Assembly: GCF_006345805.1 (NCBI RefSeq)
Contig: NC_043005.1
Span: 49,166,001-49,230,000, forward strand
DNA: 64,000 nucleotides
Source of the DNA: Octopus sinensis
Lineage: Eukaryota
Direction of reading: 5' to 3'
The position numbers and the translations under genes are program-made. Positions 59,701-64,000 of the stretch are shown piece after piece. Position 1 is the first letter of the stretch. Each line of letters starts with the position of its first letter. The notes below the pieces were generated by a model. The model made no database searches, was not told the origin of the DNA, and worked only from the letters and a program-made list of their open reading frames with translations.

Positions 59701-61901
59701 ATCTCAGTAAAATTTCATGAAAAAAATATGCAATTTTATGCAAAATGTAAAGAAACAACTTTGGTGGGATAAGTTTCAAAAACCACAAGATGTAAATATC
59801 CATACTACCACACTGGAAACGTACCTGTTATAACTCTTTATCTTGATTTGAATGTACATGAAGGTATTTAGAATGCCCAGACTTATTTCTGCAAATGTGC
59901 TAAGCACTGATACTGATCATAGTTTAATCAATAAGCGTAGGAGTGAGATAAATGCAGTAAAAATAGGTGGGGGGGGTGTCAGTGGGGCCCCATTTAAGCG
60001 GCCCTTCAGAAATTGAACTTCCTTATGATACTCCCTGGGAGTTCATGGTATGAAATTTATTGTCATTGCTCTGATTTGGTCACCAATGCCAAGTATTTAG
60101 TTTAAACTGCAGTAAAAATATACACACACATGCCTGTACCCACCACTAGTTTTGTCAAACTCTGGTTTTTCATCACCATCATCATTTAATGTCCGTTGTC
60201 CATACTGACATGGTTTGAATAGTTTGACTAGAGCTAGGAAGCTGTACCAGACTTGTCTCTGATTTGGCATGGTTTCTACAGCTGGCTGCCCTTCCTAACA
60301 CCAACCATTTTACCAAATGTGCTGGGTGCTAGAAATCCTAAATATTATAACAAACTTGGATAATGGAAGAATAACTTACTTTCAGCAATATTCAATGCTT
60401 CAGAAACCAAAACAGGCATAGGATTTCCATAAGTCTGGAGCGTGTGAAGCTTTTCAACAGATCCACTGGCAACAAAAGAATATCTGAAAAATATAATAAC
60501 CCCTGTCTAGATAAGAAAATACATTATCAATGATCACTCATGTTCTGAAAGCCACCAAGATATATTTCTATATCAGTTCCCACAATTTACACATCATCTT
60601 ATGACAGAACATGATTTTATCTCTATTTCTTGATCTTAATTGTTAAGATATGATATAGTTAATAACTATCTAAATATACTAAAACAAACTGACAGTTTAA
60701 ATGTCCATGCTTAAAACACCTATATAACCATTTATTTCAATAACTTTTTTTTTTTTTATCAAGTTTGGAAAATGATTTGGCGGTGTTTCGGATCACGACA
60801 CTGACATAAGTTGGATTTTCTCCGTTTTGACAGGGTTTTTTTCCGCCAATGGTTTAAATATTCTTAATAGACTTATAATTTATATATTTTCTGAGATGAA
60901 AATTAAAATAAAATAAAAAACTGCGGGTTTACTTCTTTGGAAATAGTCAAATCTACTGTATTATGGAATAGTATGACAATAAACTACACTATGCAATTGG
61001 ATTAAATTGTAAACTCTTTAAATTTGTTTACTTCAACCTTTTTTCAACAAGGTCGATGGTTTAATATCTTTTTGAAAATACCACGTGAATATAATAAACT
61101 AGTAAGAATCCTAACTTGGGAGAAATTTACAGCCTAAAGGGTTGACAACTCTAACATTCGACAATTTTAATAAACAATTTTTGAGAGTTAAGAAGCTAAG
61201 ACCAGATCTGTATATACACTGGTAAATTTTACAGTTTACTAGTTTTGCTGGTAGGTGTTCGATAACAGCATTCGAATGCTGTCACAGTCGACTACATTTT
61301 TTGTTTATTCTTGTCTATCGATAAAAACACTAACACACAATGTGACACTAATATACAATGCATAATAAAACATAGTGTATCAATAATATAGTGGGACCAC
61401 TGTTCGCTAGTAGTACCAATATACTGAAGTCAATTCAATTGACTATACAGCCAATTTATCTTGCAAAATTAACCTTTTCGATCATCAGACTTCTTTTATT
61501 TGAAAATATCGACACACGAATAAAAAATTTATCGACAACTGGTTTTCAAATATTTCGAGAGAGGCATGTTAAAAAGTGTTTTTAATAGTAGCAAAACAAT
61601 TTAATTTTTTTTAGATATATCTACAATTATAATGTAGGTAATTAAAATCTAACGACTAATGAATATTTAGATAAATCAGAATTTTTCAACCACGTTGCGA
61701 AAACAGTATGAATGGACCTAACTAATGTTTTGAATTAAGCATGACTATTAGTCTTCAAATGAAATAAACAAAAAAGACTAACGAATTCAATGAGGAATAT
61801 GAAATATTATGTGCTCGAGTCGGAGTTCTGTAACCACCAAGTTTTGGAGAAAAAATAGTTTCACTGGCCGAAGAAGTTTGTAATTTGCGTCGAGGAAACA
61901 T
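6421..61901 (-). CDS. NUP133: Nuclear pore complex protein Nup133, whole gene span (34 coding exons, 3390 nt, 1129 aa)
   Basis: 34 exons with AG/GT ends and compatible phases join into one ORF. Peptides match recalled vertebrate Nup133 collinearly: MFP start, [79 protein letters not shown]. Confidence 0.97.
7178..9468 (+). mobile_element. 5'-truncated RLE-type non-LTR retrotransposon (R4/Dong-like), decayed
   Basis: RT motifs ([30 protein letters not shown]), C-X2-C-X8-H-X4-C knuckle ([18 protein letters not shown]), PD..D endonuclease (KKPDIVLIE...IIDIAYP...KEERKVERY); (TAA)n on both sides; stops and frameshifts. Confidence 0.92.
8157..8550 (+). mobile_element. tRNA-headed SINE family A, full copy nested in the R4/Dong element
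   Basis: AGGCGTAGGAGTGGCTGTG..GGTTCAGTCCC head, central GTGAGTGGATTTGGTAGACGGAAACTGAAAGAA, tail GAAACAAGTAAAA; interrupts the LINE ORF. Confidence 0.92.
9493..10036. repeat. About 545-bp non-coding interspersed-repeat-like element flanked by (TAA)n
   Basis: Begins directly after the R4/Dong (TAA)n tail and ends in ..CACTC-AATAATAATAAT; no credible ORF. Confidence 0.45.
10061..10143 (-). CDS. NUP133: NUP133 exon 33
   Basis: [27 protein letters not shown]; TTTTACAG / GTGAGT. Confidence 0.94.
10640..10714 (-). ncRNA. Type I hammerhead-like motif, intact core, short stem I
   Basis: GAC-CTGAGGA-GTGACTATAATTT...AAATTATAGCCAT-GAAA-TGTACA-TA^-GTC. Confidence 0.6.
10913..10980 (-). CDS. NUP133: NUP133 exon 32
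   Basis: [22 protein letters not shown]; TTCTAG / GTGAGT. Confidence 0.9.
12099..12229. mobile_element. hAT-type MITE (second copy 50606-50760)
   Basis: TIRs CAGGCATGAGCAAC / GTTGCCCATGACTG; 8-bp TSD only partly preserved. Confidence 0.65.
12672..12911. mobile_element. piggyBac-type MITE (TTAA-CCCTTTAGCATT...AATGCTAAAAGG-TTAA); relatives at 41917-42356 (split by a family B copy), 51876-52096, about 1200-1410, 34570-34750, 35517-35610, 54500-54690
   Basis: TTAA target sites, CCC/GGG-type termini, shared internal sequence. Confidence 0.85.
13147..13550 (+). mobile_element. SINE family A, near-consensus copy (others at about 15-395, 25141-25550, 39290-39635, 45925-46265, 57510-57790, 59158-59550, 63500-63665)
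   Basis: Same head, centre and (AGAGTAAA)n-like tail; many copies in both orientations. Confidence 0.92.
13588..13668 (-). CDS. NUP133: NUP133 exon 31
   Basis: [27 protein letters not shown]; GACAG / GTATGT. Confidence 0.95.
14063..14961. repeat. 463-bp near-identical tandem duplication of a family B copy, each with three 63-bp internal units, bounded by (TA)n
   Basis: Units begin at 14063 and 14526; the only difference seen is one T in a homopolymer. Confidence 0.95.
16740..17160 (+). mobile_element. RTE-clade LINE reverse transcriptase fragment, decayed
   Basis: [54 protein letters not shown]. Confidence 0.82.
19023..19116 (+). pseudogene. Degenerate 5'-truncated 5S rRNA pseudogene
   Basis: GCACTGGTTCTTG...GAAGTTAAGCAATG...GATGGGTGACCACTTGGGAAACCTTGGTGCTGTAAGCA followed by TCAC-T6. 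Confidence 0.85.
19574..19630 (-). CDS. NUP133: NUP133 exon 30
   Basis: [19 protein letters not shown]; TTCTAG / GTCAGT. Confidence 0.9.
20014..20400 (-). mobile_element. Non-autonomous Helitron-type element
   Basis: Minus strand: A|TCTTTATATATAAAAG...GC-rich hairpin GCAACGCCGGGCGATACTG-CTAG|T; 5' TC, 3' CTAG, inserted between A and T. Confidence 0.85.
21771..21832 (-). CDS. NUP133: NUP133 exon 29
   Basis: [20 protein letters not shown]; TTGCAG / GTAAAT. Confidence 0.92.
23195..23261 (-). CDS. NUP133: NUP133 exon 28
   Basis: [22 protein letters not shown]; TTGTAG / GTGTGT. Confidence 0.92.
23414..23616. mobile_element. mariner-type MITE (second copy about 52512-52722)
   Basis: TA-CAAGGGGTGCTGAAAAGTTCCT ... 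AAACTTTTCAGCACCCCCTTG-TA. Confidence 0.8.
25724..25783 (-). CDS. NUP133: NUP133 exon 27
   Basis: [20 protein letters not shown]; TTACAG / GTAAAT. Confidence 0.93.
26134..26219 (+). ncRNA. Type I hammerhead ribozyme candidate, intact core
   Basis: TATATTCAC-CTGATGA-[stem II]-GAAA-CAGCTG-TA^-GTGAGTGTG; 9-bp stem I (3 G-U), palindromic stem III. Confidence 0.7.
27046..27158 (-). CDS. NUP133: NUP133 exon 26
   Basis: [37 protein letters not shown]; TTTCCAG / GTAAGT. Confidence 0.94.
28184..28218 (-). ncRNA. Minimal Penelope-type hammerhead variant
   Basis: GTTT-CCGACGA-A-GAGC(TCC)GCTC-GAAAC-GTC^-ATAC; U4C change; loopless stem III. Confidence 0.55.
29072..29111 (-). CDS. NUP133: NUP133 exon 25 (40 nt)
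   Basis: [13 protein letters not shown](G); TTTCAG / GTAAGT; aligns to vertebrate NFSDFLFRWYLEKG. Confidence 0.87.
29370..29842 (+). mobile_element. piggyBac element, left part (acidic N-terminal transposase remnant)
   Basis: [43 protein letters not shown]; preceded by TTCAAACCAGCCAAATCC, shared with the local TTAA MITE. Confidence 0.6.
29843..30994 (-). mobile_element. mariner (DD34D) transposon, near full-length decayed transposase (about 29916-30967)
   Basis: TA-CGAGGGGCGTTCAATAAG TIR at 29843; [32 protein letters not shown]; one stop near codon 84 and one frameshift; other TIR missing. Confidence 0.95.
30995..31610 (+). mobile_element. piggyBac transposase fragment running into MITE-type right end
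   Basis: YDPLYKV...[42 protein letters not shown]; ends ...AAAGGG-TTAA. Confidence 0.9.
31940..32200 (-). mobile_element. LINE (RTE-like) C-terminal fragment
   Basis: [13 protein letters not shown] motif on the minus strand; heavily decayed. Confidence 0.55.
32346..32479 (-). CDS. NUP133: NUP133 exon 24
   Basis: [44 protein letters not shown]; TTTTAG / GTAGGT. Confidence 0.96.
33757..33970 (-). CDS. NUP133: NUP133 exon 23
   Basis: CSMTMEQG...[22 protein letters not shown]...RALLTSML; CAG / GTAAGT. Confidence 0.96.
35243..35386 (-). CDS. NUP133: NUP133 exon 22
   Basis: [48 protein letters not shown]; CACAG / GTAATA. Confidence 0.95.
35759..35878 (-). CDS. NUP133: NUP133 exon 21
   Basis: [40 protein letters not shown]; CCAG / GTAAGT. 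Confidence 0.93.
37016..37112 (-). CDS. NUP133: NUP133 exon 20
   Basis: [32 protein letters not shown]; AAG acceptor after pyrimidine tract / GTAAAA. Confidence 0.92.
37442..37749 (-). mobile_element. tRNA-derived SINE resembling the octopus OK family
   Basis: GTGGAGGCGCAATGGCCTAGTGGTTAGGGCAGCGGACTCGCGG...GTTTCGATTCCCAGACC head with A and B boxes; ends GGTCACGTGATCACGTGATA. Confidence 0.85.
37756..37813. repeat. Perfect palindrome: 17-bp arms around (TA)n
   Basis: AACTGGAATAAGCCCAT-(TA)n-ATGGGCTTATTCCAGTT. Confidence 0.95.
38360..39060 (+). mobile_element. Penelope-like element 3' remnant (RT thumb/linker plus GIY-YIG endonuclease), decayed
   Basis: RRKIIWYNP...KHFPRGH...VKMSYSC; [25 protein letters not shown]...YTGMT...H..SF...NST...IKWTIV. 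Confidence 0.85.
39802..39929 (-). CDS. NUP133: NUP133 exon 19
   Basis: [42 protein letters not shown]; TTCCAG / GTGAGT. Confidence 0.94.
40215..40327 (-). CDS. NUP133: NUP133 exon 18
   Basis: [37 protein letters not shown]; TTTTCAG / GTAAGT. Confidence 0.94.
41017..41212. repeat. Inverted repeat with about 73-bp arms around a (TA)n tract
   Basis: TTGGAAAATTCATAGCATTGAAATGG... mirrored with 3 mismatches. Confidence 0.95.
41352..41547 (-). CDS. NUP133: NUP133 exon 17
   Basis: KKTEELL...[32 protein letters not shown]; CAG / GTTTGT. Confidence 0.96.
41744..41818 (-). CDS. NUP133: NUP133 exon 16
   Basis: [25 protein letters not shown]; TTTTACAG / GTAAGC. Confidence 0.92.
42554..42830 (+). mobile_element. 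Same tRNA head as the 37442-37749 SINE but a different 3' half
   Basis: GTGGAGGCGCAATGACCCAGTGGTTAGGGCAGCGGACTC...; 3' part CACAGAAACCAAGAAACTGGGCCCACGAGCC not shared with the other copy. Confidence 0.75.
42860..42890 (-). CDS. NUP133: NUP133 exon 15 (31 nt)
   Basis: [10 protein letters not shown]; TTTTATAG / GTAAGT; needed to restore phase 2 to phase 0. Confidence 0.8.
43266..43350 (-). CDS. NUP133: NUP133 exon 14
   Basis: [27 protein letters not shown]; TTTTCAG / GTTGGT (phase 2, fixed by next exon). Confidence 0.87.
44390..44620 (-). mobile_element. RTE-clade LINE 3' fragment
   Basis: [33 protein letters not shown]. Confidence 0.75.
45355..45420 (-). CDS. NUP133: NUP133 exon 13
   Basis: [21 protein letters not shown]; TTTTCAG / GTAAGT. 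Confidence 0.92.
46371..46473 (-). CDS. NUP133: NUP133 exon 12
   Basis: [34 protein letters not shown]; TAG / GTAAGT. Confidence 0.88.
46603..46682 (-). CDS. NUP133: NUP133 exon 11
   Basis: [26 protein letters not shown]; TTTACAG / GTTAGT. Confidence 0.87.
47480..47777 (+). mobile_element. (GAT)n-tailed retro-repeat family B, representative copy (about 20 copies in the window)
   Basis: GGAGTGGTTGGCGTTAGGAAGGGCATCCAGCTGTAGAAAC...CCGTCCAACCCATGCTAGCATGGAAAACGGACGTTAAA(C)GATGATG; variable 5' ends. Confidence 0.88.
47925..47992 (-). CDS. NUP133: NUP133 exon 10
   Basis: [22 protein letters not shown]; TTTCAG / GTAAAT. Confidence 0.92.
48593..48654 (-). CDS. NUP133: NUP133 exon 9
   Basis: [20 protein letters not shown]; TTTCAG / GTAAGT; phase 2. 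Confidence 0.9.
49634..49693 (-). CDS. NUP133: NUP133 exon 8
   Basis: [20 protein letters not shown]; TTCCAG / GTAAGC. Confidence 0.88.
50315..50431 (-). CDS. NUP133: NUP133 exon 7
   Basis: [39 protein letters not shown]; TACAG / GTAAAC. Confidence 0.93.
51132..51250 (-). rRNA. Dispersed full-length 5S rRNA copy (probably a retro-pseudogene)
   Basis: GCTTACGGCCATATTACGTTGAAAGCACCGGTTCTCGTCTGATCACCGGAGTTAAGCAACATCGAGCCTAGTTAGTACTTAGATGGGTGACCGCTTGGGAAACCTAGGTGCTGTAAGCA; 119 nt; helix I pairs fully; A-box and C-box recognisable; no T4 terminator. Confidence 0.93.
52126..52282. mobile_element. Second TTAA-flanked MITE family, next to the exon 6 donor
   Basis: TTAA-CCCTTT...AAAGGG-TTAA with unrelated interior. 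Confidence 0.65.
52295..52405 (-). CDS. NUP133: NUP133 exon 6 (ALPS-like loop)
   Basis: [37 protein letters not shown]; TTGCAG / GTAAGT. Confidence 0.95.
52735..52965 (-). mobile_element. tRNA-derived SINE family C (others at about 17730-17920, 22150-22380, 33460-33680, 47130-47350, 48720-48950)
   Basis: GAGTTCAAATTCCGCTGAGGTCGACTTTGCCTTTCATCCTTTTGGGGTCGATAAATTAAGTACCAG core; resembles Nin/Deu-type SINE domains (inference). Confidence 0.8.
53140..53205 (-). CDS. NUP133: NUP133 exon 5
   Basis: [22 protein letters not shown]; TTTCAG / GTGAGT. Confidence 0.9.
54728..54955 (-). CDS. NUP133: NUP133 exon 4
   Basis: [19 protein letters not shown]...[17 protein letters not shown]...CVVNLQ; 76 codons; CAG / GTATTT. 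Confidence 0.96.
55420..55860 (+). mobile_element. RTE-like LINE 3' fragment
   Basis: LFGNVSRF...[10 protein letters not shown] motif typical of RTE C-termini; decayed. Confidence 0.55.
57143..57246 (-). CDS. NUP133: NUP133 exon 3
   Basis: [34 protein letters not shown]; TAG acceptor (in-frame alternative CAG 9 nt inside); donor GTGTGT. Confidence 0.92.
57941..57990. repeat. (ATT)n microsatellite (representative; many (TA)n, (CA)n, (GA)n tracts elsewhere)
   Basis: Direct reading. Confidence 0.95.
60380..60483 (-). CDS. NUP133: NUP133 exon 2
   Basis: [34 protein letters not shown]; TTTCAG / GTAAGT. Confidence 0.93.
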
Positions 61902-62800
61902 TTTCAATTTGCACGTTGAACTGAAAGGCGGCACGTATATGTTATTTATAGAAACTGGAATGGGTATCCGCTCTGCCAACTTTAAATCATATGTTGAGAA
62001 ATAAATATTTTAATAAGAATAATATATGATTATTCATGTAAAGTCATTATTCTATTTTAGGAGTTTTAGTTTTGCAATACCATCTGAAATATATATCTTA
62101 TATTTTTCTCGATAAGATAATACGTAAATTGTCGTTTCGTTTTTAAGAATATGTTAACACTTTTGTACGTCACCTATTTCAAATGCAATTACTAAACAAT
62201 GTATTGTTTCAGTATATTTGTTGTTTCGTTACTCTTATTGTAGTATTTTATCACTGGCTATTTACCACATTAAATGAAATTTTCTTTTGGTGTGGATTAT
62301 GTTCGAAATTTTAATTTAATTAAACTACCCAGCTATATTCAGCATCTACTATATAAATGCAAGTGTATGTGGTTATGTATGTGCGTTTAGCATAGAAAGG
62401 CACTGAAATGGTGCATCCTCGAGAAAATCGAATTTGATTTTCGAAATCTCCGTCCGAAAGACAATATTATTCGTAGATAATAATAAACAAAATATAATTT
62501 TCTACAAGAAATAACTCAACTTTAGATAGACAAATTTCCCACTATGTCCGTCTACCATATTCTTTGACACTCGCTCCCTTTGTATATGTATTAATTCACA
62601 CGCATAACTTTTATTTTGTTTAAAACCTCGTCTTCTAATGTTTAATTTCATTTTTCTGATACACAGCTTATCACGAACAAAATACTTAGCTTCCAAATCC
62701 TGTTTTCTGATAGGGTAAAAATGATCAAACTTTAAACTTCTGTAACATTTTTTTTTCTGGAAGAAATGAATCGCAAACTCGAATTCATCGTGGAAAAGTA
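60780..62800. promoter_or_regulatory. Putative NUP133 promoter / first-intron region: repeat-free and CpG-retaining
   Basis: About 2 kb around exon 1 with no SINE or microsatellite and visibly more CG dinucleotides than the gene body; TATCGATA at 61316-61323. Confidence 0.55.
61783..61901 (-). CDS. NUP133: NUP133 exon 1
   Basis: [39 protein letters not shown]; AAAATG context; donor GTTAGT; phase 2. Confidence 0.88.
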
Positions 62801-64000
62801 AACTAAAAAACCGAATTTGAACAGATTTTGAAATTGTTTCAGTCATTTGACTGCAGCCATGCTGGAGCACTGCCTTAAAGGGTTTAAGTCGAAGAAATTG
62901 ACCCCAGGACGTATTCTTTGTAAGCCTAGTACTTATTCTATCAGTCTCTTTAGCTGAAGTTATGCAGACGCAAACACACCCGCATTGGTTGTCATGCGAT
63001 AGCAGGGAGGCAGACACACACACATAAATATATACATATATACTGGTGTCACACAACTGGCACATAAAAGCCCCTATTACACCCTCTGAGTGGTTGGCGT
63101 TAGGAAGGGCATCCAGCCATAGAGACCATGTCAAATCAAACTGGAGTTTGGTGTAGCACCTCAGCTTACCAGCCCTTGTGAAACTGTCCAACCCATGCCA
63201 TCATCATCATCATCATTTAACGTCCGCTTTCCATGCTAGCATGGGTTGGATGATTTGACGGAGGTCTGGCAAACCAGACTCCAATCTGATCTGGCAGAGT
63301 TTCTACAGCTGGATGCCCTTCTTAATGCCAACCACTCCGAGAGTGAAGTAGGTGCTCTTACGTGCCACCAGCACGAGGGTCAATTTGGTGGTACTGGCGA
63401 CGACCTTGCTCGAATGTTTTTTTCACGTGCCACCAGCACAAGTGCTAGTAAGGCAACGCAACAGAATTTAAATGATGATGATATGTATATATATATATAT
63501 ATATGACAGTCTTCTTTCAGTTTCCGACTACCAAATCCACTCACAAGGCTTTGGTTGACCAAAGACTATAGTAGAAGACATTTGCCCAATGTGCCATGTA
63601 GTGGGACTGAACCTGGAACCACATGGTTGGTATGCAAGCTTCTTACCACACAACCACACCTGCACCTATATGTTACTGAGCATTTCAAACCAGAATGCAA
63701 ACATGAGATTTCCATTTTGTCATTTAAAAAATATATACCAAATTCACTAGACTATTATGTTCTAAGTTGGTAATGGTTTCCTTAAACTGGCATGAAGCTA
63801 CAGCTTTGTTCTAGATGTAAAGAAACTCAACAATTGCCCTGGGCAGCACACACTCTAGCTATGTCAGTGCATACATCTGTGGAAAACTCAGTCATTCAGA
63901 CTTTATAATTCAGTGAGTAGGAATTTCCATTCAACAAATAGCTGGAATGACTTTAAAGAGAGGTTGTTGTGTCAGGCCAGAACAATGTGAGAAGATACAA

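Noticed and set aside
60538-60614. Hairpin with a 10-bp closing stem and C/D-like boxes (snoRNA or pre-miRNA candidate)
   Set aside because: Boxes imperfect and only about 18 nt apart; inner stem too bulged
62502-63191. 229-aa ORF upstream of NUP133
   Set aside because: First half is SINE sequence; remainder has no recognisable domain or splice support

Overview
AT-rich, repeat-dense animal genomic DNA; the SINE families suggest an octopod cephalopod (inference from recognition, no search run). One protein-coding gene spans almost the whole window on the minus strand: NUP133 (nucleoporin 133). I reconstructed it by hand as 34 GT-AG coding exons from ATG 61901 to TGA 6421. All splice phases are compatible, giving 3390 nt / 1129 aa, collinear with vertebrate Nup133. 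Introns hold at least three tRNA-headed SINE families, a (GAT)n-tailed retro-repeat with an internal VNTR, an R4/Dong-type LINE sitting in a (TAA)n tract, RTE fragments, a Penelope-like GIY-YIG remnant, two Tc1/mariner elements, a piggyBac remnant sharing ends with a local MITE family, a Helitron, hAT- and mariner-type MITEs and microsatellites. The most unexpected signals are (1) several minimal type I hammerhead-ribozyme motifs, one with a fully intact core (26134-26219) and a 350-nt head-to-tail pair whose consensus rebuilds a perfect hammerhead (retrozyme/Penelope pseudo-LTR-like); (2) a full-length 5S rRNA copy joined to the 3' half of a retro-repeat; (3) inverted duplications centred on (TA)n tracts. 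All structures were read by eye; no folding or database search was run.
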